DNA of 64,000 bases from NCBI GenBank assembly GCA_035696125.1, contig DASRQZ010000036.1:11110-75109 (forward strand), given 5' to 3'. The notes below the pieces were generated by a model that saw only the letters and a list, made by a program, of their open reading frames with translations, made no database searches and was not told the origin of the DNA. Each line of letters starts with the position of its first letter. Positions within the stretch are counted from its first letter, which is position 1. Source of the DNA: Polyangia bacterium (lineage in GTDB: Bacteria; Myxococcota_A; Polyangia; Fen-1088). A program made the translations under genes and the position numbers. Shown here piece after piece: positions 7,245-16,037 of the stretch.

Positions 7245-8576
7245 ATGACCGACTGCCCACCTGCCTGCTCGCCAGTTTCAGCCTCCGACCGAACCCGCCG
7301 CCGCCCCTTTCGCGATGACCAGGCGGCTGGCTCGAGTGGAGCCGGTCTTCCAGTTTTGTTGCTGGCGGCGATGGGGTTGGCGGCCTGTCAGGGCAGCGTT
7401 CTGTCGGCAGACGCCGGCCAGCAACCGGGAACCGGCGGCGGCAACCAGACCGGGGAGGGTCAGGGCGGATCGTCGGGCCTGGGTGGCGCCACCGGCGGTG
7501 TTGGCGGCGTGCGCGCCGGAACCGCTGGCGCGACCGGCGGTGTTGGCGGCGTGCGCGCCGGGATGGGCGGGCGCACGGGCATGGGCGGGCGCACGGGCAT
7601 GGGCGGGCGCGACGGCGGTGGTCCCAGCGGCGCGGGCGGCACGCCGATCGTGGTGCCGCCAAACTGCGGGTCGACCCAGGCCAACCTCAACCCGTTCGGG
7701 TGCAGCATGGCCTGGGGGATGAACAGCCCCGGCGGAACCTTGACCGGCTACAACTACCTGCAGTTCATGTCCTACTGGATCGGGGCGGAGGCGCGCGCCG
7801 ACGGAACCCTGAACGGTTGCAACGGATGCAACTGGCTGACCCGGAACGTGACGCCCACCAACCTGATCCCGGTCTACTACGGCTATATCATCGGGTTCTA
7901 CGGACACGTCAACGGCCTGCCCGATGGTAACGTGGCGCCCAACGGTCCGAACCTCACTACCGGCGGCGCCAACCTGATCCGGAACAACCGCGCCAAGATC
8001 ATTGCGATGTACGGCAGCTACGCGGCGCAGAGCCACGCGGTCTGGGGCAGCAAACCGCTGGTCTGGCTGCTCGAGGGCGACTTCGTGCAGTACACCGCGA
8101 CCTCGCAGGCCAACCCGCTGACCTACGGTGAGCTCGCGCAGCTGGCCGAGGACATCAGTTGCGCGATCAAGGCCAACATGCCCAACGCGGTGGTGGCCAT
8201 CAATCACTCGACCTGGAACCCCAACGCCGTCACCAACGCCTACTGGGCGGCGATGTCGGGGGTGAATTACGACATGGTGTGGACCAGCGGCGTCGGCGAC
8301 GCCAACGGGTTCTTCGCCGCGGGCACCACGGCGACGTCGTACAACGGCGGCACCGCCACCTATGCCTACGTGCATGGCATCACCGGGCGCACCATCCTGG
8401 TCGACACCAGCTTCGGCCTGTCGGCGACGGGCGACTCCTGGTCGGACATCGGCGCGGCCAACCTCAACGCGCGCATCGCCGACGGCGTCATCGCCGTCAA
8501 CGTCACCACCCAGGAGCCGGCGTATGCGGGCAACATCGCGTCGCTGGGAACCCTGTCGATGACCTGCGCGCCCTGA
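7245..8576 (+). CDS. Secreted lipoprotein: Gly-rich tether plus ~330-aa globular domain (possibly a TIM-barrel glycoside-hydrolase-like fold)
   Basis: GGAGG RBS and ATG 7245, with the lipobox LAAMGLAAC. A Gly-rich repeat region spans 7440-7640. The C-terminal domain has alternating beta/alpha-like motifs (VWLLEGDFVQY, VVAINHSTWN). The function call is weak. Confidence 0.7.
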   Translation: MTDCPPACSPVSASDRTRRRPFRDDQAAGSSGAGLPVLLLAAMGLAACQGSVLSADAGQQPGTGGGNQTGEGQGGSSGLGGATGGVGGVRAGTAGATGGVGGVRAGMGGRTGMGGRTGMGGRDGGGPSGAGGTPIVVPPNCGSTQANLNPFGCSMAWGMNSPGGTLTGYNYLQFMSYWIGAEARADGTLNGCNGCNWLTRNVTPTNLIPVYYGYIIGFYGHVNGLPDGNVAPNGPNLTTGGANLIRNNRAKIIAMYGSYAAQSHAVWGSKPLVWLLEGDFVQYTATSQANPLTYGELAQLAEDISCAIKANMPNAVVAINHSTWNPNAVTNAYWAAMSGVNYDMVWTSGVGDANGFFAAGTTATSYNGGTATYAYVHGITGRTILVDTSFGLSATGDSWSDIGAANLNARIADGVIAVNVTTQEPAYAGNIASLGTLSMTCAP

Positions 8577-8750
8577 CCAGCTCACCTTCGTCAAATACCT
8601 CGGGCGGGGTCGACCGGCCGACGCGCCGTGACCTCGGCCGCGTCGAAACGCGAGACCACATGTGGCTGCATCGCGGCAAGCAGGGGGCGACACGATGAGC
8701 TGAATCCGGGACGGGATGCTACTGTCAAAACGAGGTAGAGTCCTTGCGCG

Positions 8751-9407
8751 ATGGGCGAAAAATCAATGGCCGCTGACCGAGGTAGAATGCCGCTTTCGGT
8801 CGTGCCGGCCGGCCCCGCGGCCGATCCCACCGACGCCGAGCTGGCGCGCGCGCTCACCGGAGGTCAGCCGTGGGCGGCGGCCGCGACCTGGAACCGATTT
8901 GCGCCCGTGGTCTACGGAATCGTGCGCCGCGCGCTGGGCAGCCAGAGTGACGCCGAGGATGTGACCCAGGAGGTCTTCTTTCACCTGTTCGCGCGCGTGG
9001 GCACGCTGCGCGACCCGGCGTCCTTCCGCAGCTTCGTGGTTTCGTTCGCGCTGCGCATCGTGAAGTGGGAGCTGCGGCGCCGCCGCGCGCGCCGCTGGTT
9101 GATGCTGTCGCCGTCCAATTTGTTACCGGACGCGCCGGGCCTCGATAGCGATCCGGAGTCCCGCGAGGTCTTGCGCCGCTTCTACGTCGTGCTCGATCAG
9201 CTCGCGGCGCGCGACCGGCTGGTGTTCGCGTTGCGCTATCTCGAGTCGATGACGCTCGAAGAGATCGCGGTCGCGCTCGACATCTCGCTGTCGACGGTCA
9301 AGCGCAACCTGAACCGCGCCTCGGCGCGGGTCTCGCGCTGGATCGCGGCCGACCGAGATCTGGTGACGTTCTTCGAAGGGAGAAGACGAGGCGATGGGGC
9401 GTACTGA
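8751..9407 (+). CDS. ECF-type RNA polymerase sigma factor
   Basis: The sigma-2 region (FAPVVYGIVRRALGSQSDAEDVTQEVFFHLF) and the sigma-4 region (LVFALRYLESMTLEEIAVALDISLSTVKRNLNRA) are present. The gene overlaps the next gene by 14 nt. Confidence 0.9.
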   Translation: MGEKSMAADRGRMPLSVVPAGPAADPTDAELARALTGGQPWAAAATWNRFAPVVYGIVRRALGSQSDAEDVTQEVFFHLFARVGTLRDPASFRSFVVSFALRIVKWELRRRRARRWLMLSPSNLLPDAPGLDSDPESREVLRRFYVVLDQLAARDRLVFALRYLESMTLEEIAVALDISLSTVKRNLNRASARVSRWIAADRDLVTFFEGRRRGDGAY

Positions 9408-10782
9408 GGGGGATGGGGACCCCGGATCGATGAACGGGGATCTCGATATCGTGGCCGCGCTGGCGCGCGCGGCGGCGCCGCCGATGGCGCCGCTGCAACG
9501 CATGCGCGGCCTGGAGGCGGTCGTGCGCCGGGGTGAGGCGCGCCAGCGCAAGCGCCTCGTCTTCTCGGTCGCGGCCGGGCTGGCGGCGTGCGGGCTGGTG
9601 GCGGCGGGGCTGATCGGCGTGCACGCGGTGCGCGGCTCCTCGCGCAGACCGGCCGGCGCCCCCGAGGGCAGTCCGATCTCCTACCGTGTCGAGCACGGCG
9701 AGATCGGAGACGGCGGCTATCTGCGTGCGCACGATCGAGAGCGTGATCGAGTCGGCGTCGGGTTGCGCTTTGCCGAGGGCAGCGAGCTGCGGTTGGCCGC
9801 GGGCGCGCGCGGCCGGCTGACCAGCGTCGACGCCCAGGGCGCGCGCTTCGCGATCGAACAGGGCGAAGCGCAGGTCAGCGTCACGCCGCGCCCAGCAGCG
9901 CGCTGGCTGATCGACGCCGGTCCCTTCCTGATCACCGTGCAGGGCACCCGCTTCAGCGCGGCCTGGGACGGCGCGACCGAGCGGCTGGACATCCGGATGA
10001 AGCACGGGCTGGTCTCGGTGACCGGGCCGGTCGCCGACGGCAAGATCGCGGTGCGCGCGGGCCAGCGTCTCACCATCAACGTGCAGAAGCGCGAAGTGCT
10101 GCTGCGTCCAAGCGAGGATCTGCCGCCCGACACGGCCGACGAGGAGGCCCCGCGCGCCAGATCCGGCACCGAATCCGACAACGAATCCGGCAACAAGTCT
10201 GACAAGTCTGACAAGTCTGAAATGATGTCCAGCGGCGCGACCGGGGCCAGCGCACCACCCGCCCGCGCCGCCCGTGCCACGCGCGCGACCGCCGGGGCGG
10301 TCGCCGCCCTGCGCCGGCGCGGCTGGACGGCGGCGCTGGCCGCCGGCGATTTCCAGACCGTCCTGGAGGAGGCCCAGCATCGCGGCTGGCGGCGCTCGCT
10401 GGCGGAAGCGCGCAGCGAGGATCTGGCGGCGCTGGCCGATGCGGCCCGCTATCTGCGCCGCGACGATCTGGCGCGTCAGGCGCTGATCACCCAGCGCCAT
10501 CGCTTTCCCCGCACCGATCGCGCGCACGAGGCGGCCTTCCTGCTCGGGCGGTTGAGCGAGACCGGCCGCGACGGCGATCTGCCGGCGCTGTCCTGGTACG
10601 ACCGCTACCTCGACGAGGTACCCCGCGGGGCCTACGCCGCGGAGGCGATGGGGCGCAAGATGACCGCGACCGAGAGGCTCAAAGGTGTGACAGCGGCGCG
10701 GGAGATCGCGCAAGAGTACCTGCGCCGGTTTCCGCATGGCACCTACGCGGGCACCGCCCGCGCTCTGGCGGGAACGCGCTAG
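9394..10782 (+). CDS. FecR-like anti-sigma factor with TM helix and C-terminal TPR-like domain
   Basis: It has an N-terminal cytoplasmic segment and the TM helix FSVAAGLAACGLVAAGLIGV. The FecR-type beta domain reads LRLAAGARGRLTSVDAQGARFAIEQGEAQVSV...ITVQGTRFS. A KSDKSDKSE linker leads to a helical-repeat C-terminus. Confidence 0.85.
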   Translation: MGRTEGDGDPGSMNGDLDIVAALARAAAPPMAPLQRMRGLEAVVRRGEARQRKRLVFSVAAGLAACGLVAAGLIGVHAVRGSSRRPAGAPEGSPISYRVEHGEIGDGGYLRAHDRERDRVGVGLRFAEGSELRLAAGARGRLTSVDAQGARFAIEQGEAQVSVTPRPAARWLIDAGPFLITVQGTRFSAAWDGATERLDIRMKHGLVSVTGPVADGKIAVRAGQRLTINVQKREVLLRPSEDLPPDTADEEAPRARSGTESDNESGNKSDKSDKSEMMSSGATGASAPPARAARATRATAGAVAALRRRGWTAALAAGDFQTVLEEAQHRGWRRSLAEARSEDLAALADAARYLRRDDLARQALITQRHRFPRTDRAHEAAFLLGRLSETGRDGDLPALSWYDRYLDEVPRGAYAAEAMGRKMTATERLKGVTAAREIAQEYLRRFPHGTYAGTARALAGTR

Positions 10783-10943
10783 TCCCCTGGAATGGTGAAG
10801 GCTTCCAAATGTCGGCGAAGCATCTTCGTTTCTGGCAAGGCGCGACGAGGGCGAATACTAGACGTATTTAACCGAGGAGCAACGCAGCCAGGGACGAAGA
10901 GGACCGGCGAGATTTGGAAGAATTCACCTTTCCAGGGGACTAG
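10779..10943. repeat. Hairpin element E4a (165-bp imperfect palindrome)
   Basis: ctagtcccctggaatggtgaaggcttccaaat... pairs with ...atttggaagaattcacctttccaggggactag. Inner pairing: cttcgtttctggc with gccagggacgaag. The left end overlaps the anti-sigma stop codon. Confidence 0.8.
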
Positions 10944-10949
10944 GAGTCT

Positions 10950-11137
10950 GGTGTCAAACCGGCTTCAGGCTCCGGGCTTCAGGCTTCGGGATGGACAGGG
11001 GCGCCCATTTCCGTCGAAAGAGCGTCTTTCCGTCGCTGTAAATAGTGCCCTCCTTACACCACCGGTGATCGGCGCCCCGCGCGGGTGGAGTCTGAAGCCT
11101 GAACCTGGGGCCCGAAGCCCGAAGCCCGTTTGACACC
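10950..11137. repeat. Hairpin element E4b (188 bp), GGCTTCRGG type with perfect 10-bp termini
   Basis: The termini are ggtgtcaaac and gtttgacacc. The arms are ccggcttcaggctccgggcttcaggcttcggg and cctgaagcctgaacctggggcccgaagcccgaagccc. Confidence 0.8.
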
Positions 11138-11169
11138 ACCCTCCTAGGCACGACCGGAGCGAAACCCTG

Positions 11170-12213
11170 GTGACCCGAACCCATCTGGCGCTGGCGTGGG
11201 TCGTGGCGCTGCTGGGATTCTCGACGACCGCGCGCGCCGCCACGGTGGTGCTGGTGAAGAGCGCTCGGCCCAGCGCGCTGGCCAGCGAGGCGGCGGTCCG
11301 CCTGCGCGGCGAGCTGGTCGCCGAAGGGTTCCGGGTGCGGGTGGTCGAGACAGCCGCGGGCGCCGATGTGCGCGGCGCGCTCGCGGAAGCGGCGGCCGGC
11401 CCCGACGTCGACGCCGTGGTTGCCCTGCTGGCCGAAGGCCCCGACGACGCGATCGAGCTGCGGGTGATCGATCGGGTGACCGGCAAGACGCTGATCCGCA
11501 GCGTCCCGGTCGAGCCCGAGTCGGACCGTTCCGCCGAGGTGCTCTCGATCCGGGCCCTGGAGCTGCTGCGCGCCAGCTTCCTCGAGATCGCGCTCGGCAC
11601 CAGCCGCGTGCCGCCCGTCCCCGAGCTGCCGCCACCACCTCCGCCCGGGGTCGCGCGCATGGCCCGGGTCGCCCAGGAGCGCGAGGTGTCCAGGACCTGG
11701 GCGGTCGAAGTCGGCGGCTGTCTGCTGCGCAGCTTCGAAGGCGTGCCGCTGTCACTCGCACCGCTGGTGCGCGTCGAGCGCGCGCTGGGCGAGCGCCTGG
11801 TGACCCGCCTGACCATGGCGGGTCTGGGCACGCACGCGCGCGTCGAGGGCGTCGCGGGCAGCGGGAACAGCGCCAGCGTGGCGCAGGACTTCGCCCTGGT
11901 CGAGCTCGGGATCAAGCTGCGGCCGGGCCGGAGCTTGCGACCCTTCTTCTCGCTGGGCGCCGGCGCGCTGCATGTCACGTCCGAGGGGCAAACCGCCTCG
12001 CCCTACCGAGGTGACAGGGTGACGCGGTGGGCGCTGACCGCCGACGCCGGGGTGGGCGCGCGTCTGGCGCTCGGTGGCCGGTTCGAGGTGGCGCTGGAAG
12101 CGCACGTCCAGGTGGCGGAGCCATATCCGACCATCCGCTTTGAAAAGGAACCGGTGGCGCGCAGCGGGCGGCCGACCATGATGGGCAGCCTGACCCTGCT
12201 GGCCTGGCTATGA
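11170..12213 (+). CDS. Secreted protein: N-terminal alpha/beta domain, Pro-rich linker, C-terminal beta-barrel-like domain
   Basis: GTG start and the signal peptide ALAWVVALLGFSTTARA. A PPVPELPPPPPPG linker is present. The C-terminal half has alternating amphipathic strands and ends in the aromatic-containing tail SLTLLAWL, as in outer-membrane barrels. Confidence 0.7.
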   Translation: MTRTHLALAWVVALLGFSTTARAATVVLVKSARPSALASEAAVRLRGELVAEGFRVRVVETAAGADVRGALAEAAAGPDVDAVVALLAEGPDDAIELRVIDRVTGKTLIRSVPVEPESDRSAEVLSIRALELLRASFLEIALGTSRVPPVPELPPPPPPGVARMARVAQEREVSRTWAVEVGGCLLRSFEGVPLSLAPLVRVERALGERLVTRLTMAGLGTHARVEGVAGSGNSASVAQDFALVELGIKLRPGRSLRPFFSLGAGALHVTSEGQTASPYRGDRVTRWALTADAGVGARLALGGRFEVALEAHVQVAEPYPTIRFEKEPVARSGRPTMMGSLTLLAWL

Positions 12214-12220
12214 TGTCAGC

Positions 12221-13051
12221 GTGAGCGTGAGCGTGCCGACCGCACCCGGAGCCGTTCTCTTGCGTGCTGCCGCCATCCTGTTGGCGGGGCTCTCCGCCTG
12301 CACGTCAGGCCCACTGGATGTCATCGATCTCGATCCGGGCAACGCGAACGACGACCTGGTCGCACACTGGTCGTTCGATGAAGGCGCGGGGACCGTTCTG
12401 CTTGATTCGTCGGGCAATCTCCACCACGGGCAGATCCAGGGCAGCTACGCCTGGATCCCGGGCCGTTTCGGGACGGCGCTGCATTTCACGAACGGAGAGG
12501 TGCGCGTCGATGCGTTCCCCCAGCCAGGCATGGACAGCTGGAGCGTCCTGGCCTGGGTGCGAACGTCTTCCGACCTCGTGACCGGTAGCACCTACGCGAC
12601 CGTCATCAGCAACGAGCTCCTGCGCAGCGGCGGCTGGCAGATGAATATTCGCACCACGGTGGCGCCGCCCGTCTACCAGTTCGCGTACTGGAAAGGCCCG
12701 TCCGAGAATGACAACGTGTTCCAGAACTACGAGCAGGTCCTTCCCGACGAGTGGGTCCACCTCGCCGGGGTGTACGACAAGAATTCACTCACCATCAGGA
12801 TCTACCGCGATGGGGTGCCGGTGATGGTAGGCGGGATGGCGGTGTCCGAGCCGGCCGACCAAGCGATCAAGCAGGGCACGACCGCCCTTTACATGGCGCG
12901 CTGGCCGCCCGAATCCAGCACGGTGGCAAACAACACCAGCGAGGAGCGGCGCTTGATCGGCGACCTCGACGAGATCGCGGTGTACAACCGCGCGCTGAAC
13001 GCCAAGGAGGTCGCCGCGCTGGCGCGCCGCCCCATCCCGCCGAAGCCGTAG
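12221..13051 (+). CDS. LamG-domain (concanavalin A-like lectin fold) lipoprotein
   Basis: The lipobox is LLAGLSAC. The typical LamG_3 pattern is present: LVAHWSFDEGAGTVLLDSSGN.HHG, FGTALHF, WVHLAGVYD, IRIYRDG and GDLDEIAVYNRALNAKEV. Confidence 0.85.
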   Translation: MSVSVPTAPGAVLLRAAAILLAGLSACTSGPLDVIDLDPGNANDDLVAHWSFDEGAGTVLLDSSGNLHHGQIQGSYAWIPGRFGTALHFTNGEVRVDAFPQPGMDSWSVLAWVRTSSDLVTGSTYATVISNELLRSGGWQMNIRTTVAPPVYQFAYWKGPSENDNVFQNYEQVLPDEWVHLAGVYDKNSLTIRIYRDGVPVMVGGMAVSEPADQAIKQGTTALYMARWPPESSTVANNTSEERRLIGDLDEIAVYNRALNAKEVAALARRPIPPKP

Positions 13052-13106
13052 CAGGCTTCGGGCTTCGGGCTTTCGGGCTTCGGGCTTCGGGCTTCGGGCG
13101 TCGGGC
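13040..13106. repeat. Element E5: small hairpin over the stop codon followed by (GGCTTCGG)x6 tandem repeat
   Basis: The hairpin is ccgaagcc gtagca ggcttcgg, followed by gcttcgggctttcgggcttcgggcttcgggcttcggg. It lies between convergent genes. Only a single-unit opposing arm is present. Confidence 0.75.
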
Positions 13107-14588
13107 TCAGATGCGGGGATGCTTCGAGGAGATCGCCTTGCTCCCAGCTTTCACCCTCGCGCCCCCCTTGACCCTGGCCTTGCCCTTCGCGCCCGCGATC
13201 GACAGCGCCGGACGCGTGCACTGCCGCATGATCTCCGCTTGCGCGGCGGGCGGCGGTAGCGCCGGCGCCGACCAGCCGCGGCACAGTTGACCGACCGCGC
13301 CCGGATCGGCGTCCGCGCCGGCGGCGCAGTAAAGGCCGACGCCGTCGGGCCGGGCCGCGAACAGCGCGCGCGTCGTTTCGGGCCGGGCGATCGTCGGGTC
13401 GTCGAGTCGCGCGCTGAGCAGGTTCACCACCTCGATGCGGCGCGCCGCCTGCCCCGGATCGGGGAACGGGGCCGGCTGCCGGTGCATGTCGCGGATAGGC
13501 ACGATCTCGATCGCGCGCAGCACCAGGCGCCCACCCGGCGCCATCCGTTTCAGATGCAGGCGCGCCAGCAGGCCGTAGTCGCGACAGCCGGCGAACTCGG
13601 GCACGGCGCCCATGTCGCGCGCGCCGCGCAGCATGAAGTTGCCCAGGCCATAGAAGATCGGCACGCCGTGGCGGATCTCGACGCCGCGCACGACGTGGGC
13701 GTGATGGCCCACCACCAGGTCGGCGCCGTAACGGTCGGCGGCGGCCCGCCATTCCGTCAGCTGGCGGTCGTCGGCGCGCACGTCTTTCTCTTCGCCGTAG
13801 TGAATCGACAGGATCCGGTAGTCGGCCTTGGTCTCGCCGAGACGGCGCGTGACCTCGCGCCAGTCCTCGTCGATGCGGTAGGCGACGGTGCCCGGCTTGT
13901 CGGCCGTCGCGCGGTGGGCGTTGATGTTGTTGGTGACGATCCCGATCGCCGAGAAGGCGACCCGCCCCACCGGCAGCAGCAGCTCGACCGGGCGGCTGGC
14001 CTGCTCGCGGTTGAGGCCGATGCCGCTGAAATGCAGGCGGCCCTCGGCGGCCAGCGCGCCGAGGTGGCGCACCGTCTCGCGCGCGCCGTCGGCGCCAAAG
14101 TCGTAGGCGTGGTTGTTCGCGGCCGACACCAGATTGAACCCCAGCGTGGTCAGCGCGCGCACGCCAGCGGGGTGCGAGCGGAAACCGAACGGCACCGCCT
14201 GCCCCTTGTCGGCGGCGTGCAGGTCGTTGCGGTCGGTGACCACGGTCTCGAGGTTCATGAAGTTGAGATCCCCGTCGATCAGCGTGGCCACCTTGGCCGA
14301 CAGCTCGGTCCACGGGGTGGGCGTCGGGCCCTCGAGCACGCCGCGCGCGTCGACGGCGGTGCCGCTGCGGTTGAGCCCGACGTCACCGACCAGCACCAGC
14401 GTCAGCGTGTCAGGAACCGGCGCGACCACCACCGACGTTGGCGCGCCGACCCGGACGCCGGTGTCAGCCCCGGACACGGAGACGCCCACGCCGACGCCGC
14501 CACCGACGCCGCCACCGACAACGACGCCGACGCCGACGATCAGGATGCCGAGAGCGCGGGCGGCGCGCGCGCGGATCCGGCCCTTCAC
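13107..14588 (-). CDS. CapA-family protein (poly-gamma-glutamate capsule synthesis-type metallophosphatase)
   Basis: The PGA_cap motifs are LVLVGDVGLNR, LNFMNLETVV, FNLVSAANNHAYDFG, SIHYGEE, LVVGHHAHVVRGVE and IFYGLGNF. The GTG start overlaps the OsmC stop as GTGA. Confidence 0.9.
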   Translation of the reverse strand: MKGRIRARAARALGILIVGVGVVVGGGVGGGVGVGVSVSGADTGVRVGAPTSVVVAPVPDTLTLVLVGDVGLNRSGTAVDARGVLEGPTPTPWTELSAKVATLIDGDLNFMNLETVVTDRNDLHAADKGQAVPFGFRSHPAGVRALTTLGFNLVSAANNHAYDFGADGARETVRHLGALAAEGRLHFSGIGLNREQASRPVELLLPVGRVAFSAIGIVTNNINAHRATADKPGTVAYRIDEDWREVTRRLGETKADYRILSIHYGEEKDVRADDRQLTEWRAAADRYGADLVVGHHAHVVRGVEIRHGVPIFYGLGNFMLRGARDMGAVPEFAGCRDYGLLARLHLKRMAPGGRLVLRAIEIVPIRDMHRQPAPFPDPGQAARRIEVVNLLSARLDDPTIARPETTRALFAARPDGVGLYCAAGADADPGAVGQLCRGWSAPALPPPAAQAEIMRQCTRPALSIAGAKGKARVKGGARVKAGSKAISSKHPRI

Positions 14589-15007
14589 TCGGGCGTCGCC
14601 GCGACCACCGTGGTCGCGATCGGCACGGCGGCGGTGATCGACCTGGTCACCGGAGTCTTGTCGGCGATCTCGCCCAGGCGGGCGCGCTGCTCATCGGTCA
14701 GCGGCGCGCCGACGCGGATCTCGCGATCGATACGCTCGCGCCCGTCCTTGGATTTCAGCATGCGCAGGGCCACGTCGATGGTCCCCAGCGTCCAGCCCTT
14801 GCGGTCGGCGTACATACGCAGGGTGATCGACGTGCAGGCGCCCAGCGCCGACAGCAACAGCGCATAGGGAGCCGGGCCGGTGCCGGTGCCGCCGTTGGAT
14901 TCCGGTTCGTCGGCGGTCAGCTGGTGCTTGCCGGCGCTGATGGTCTGGGCGTAGCCCGCGCCGCTTTGAATCTTGACCCCGGCGATCAGCTTCATCGCGT
15001 CGTCCAT
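14585..15007 (-). CDS. OsmC-family peroxiredoxin-like protein
   Basis: AAGGAGG RBS before ATG 15007. The OsmC core is GKHQLTADEPESNGGTGTGPAPYALLLSALGACTSITLRMYADRKGW. Confidence 0.9.
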   Translation of the reverse strand: MDDAMKLIAGVKIQSGAGYAQTISAGKHQLTADEPESNGGTGTGPAPYALLLSALGACTSITLRMYADRKGWTLGTIDVALRMLKSKDGRERIDREIRVGAPLTDEQRARLGEIADKTPVTRSITAAVPIATTVVAATPE

Positions 15008-15062
15008 CAGATCCTCCTTGCTGACATTAACCGGCAGCGCGCGGCCAGCCAAGAATCAACCG

Positions 15063-16037
15063 TCAATCACCCGGAAAATCCCGCCGCGCACCGAGAAAAT
15101 CCAGCACCGGCGCCAGCGCCTCCTCGGGCGCCTCCAGGTGCGGCGAGTGGCCGCCCGCCAGGGCCAGGTAGCGCGCCCGCGGCAGCGACGGCTGCGCGCC
15201 GGTGGCGTTGGCGGGCGGCAGGGCGGCGTCGTGCTGCCCCCAGAGCAGCAGCACCGGCAGGTCCAGCTCGCCCAGCCGCTCGCGCCGGTGAAACACCGGG
15301 CCGCGCAGGGGGCACAGCGCATCGAAGGCGCGCGCCGCCGCCGCGCGCGCCGACCGGGGAACGGTCAGCAGCTCATGCTCCAGCGCGGCGACCCGCCGGC
15401 CGAGCGGCGTCGGCGGCGACGGATTGAGCCAGCCGAAGATCCGAGCGCCCAGCACGCGCGCCAGTCGCTCGGGATGCAGCCGGAAGAACAGCCGGCCGGC
15501 CAGTGTCATCTCGGGGCCAAGGCCCATGCCGTCGATCAGCACCAGACGCCGCACCGGCAGCCGCCCGCGCAGCGCCAGCTCCAGCGCCACCAGCGCGCCC
15601 AGCGAGTGTCCCATCAACGCCAGCCCCGCGCCGCCCGGGCCGACCGCGACCTCGGCCGCGAGAAAAGCCTCGACAGGATCCGCGAAGAAGGCCAGCGCGC
15701 GCTCTGCGCCTGCGTCGGGCGCGCCGCCGGGTGGCGCCCCACGCTCGGCGGCCCCGAAGCCCGGCAGATCGACGGCAAGTATTCGATGGCGCTGCGCCAG
15801 GCCCGGCCAGCAGGGGAACCAGACCGAGGCGGCGTGGCCGCGCCCGTGCAACAGCACCAGCGTATCGCCGCCCGGCGCGCCCGCGCCGCCGCGCAGGATG
15901 CGCAGCCGCCCGCCGCTGTCCGCCAACCAGTTCCAGTGGTCGGCGCGCAACCCGCCCGGCACGTCGCGCGCCAGCTCGTCCAGGATCGCCGTCTCGACCG
16001 GCCCGGCTGCCCACGCGCCGCCGGCTGACGCCACCAT
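15063..16037 (-). CDS. Alpha/beta-fold hydrolase
   Basis: It carries HGRGH, LAVDLPGFG, the nucleophile elbow GHSLG, and a late HSPHLE His. The ATG overlaps the DUF1552 stop as TGATG. The upstream part of ORF 15063..16655 is a shadow of the DUF1552 gene. Confidence 0.85.
   Translation of the reverse strand: MVASAGGAWAAGPVETAILDELARDVPGGLRADHWNWLADSGGRLRILRGGAGAPGGDTLVLLHGRGHAASVWFPCWPGLAQRHRILAVDLPGFGAAERGAPPGGAPDAGAERALAFFADPVEAFLAAEVAVGPGGAGLALMGHSLGALVALELALRGRLPVRRLVLIDGMGLGPEMTLAGRLFFRLHPERLARVLGARIFGWLNPSPPTPLGRRVAALEHELLTVPRSARAAAARAFDALCPLRGPVFHRRERLGELDLPVLLLWGQHDAALPPANATGAQPSLPRARYLALAGGHSPHLEAPEEALAPVLDFLGARRDFPGD

Noticed and set aside
10792-11184. ORFs 10792..11133 (+) and 10954..11184 (-) lie between the anti-sigma gene and the next gene.
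   Set aside because: Both are read straight through the two palindromic elements, and their sequences mirror the repeat units (for example LQAPGFRLRDG, KPEARSLKPV). There is no RBS or family signal.
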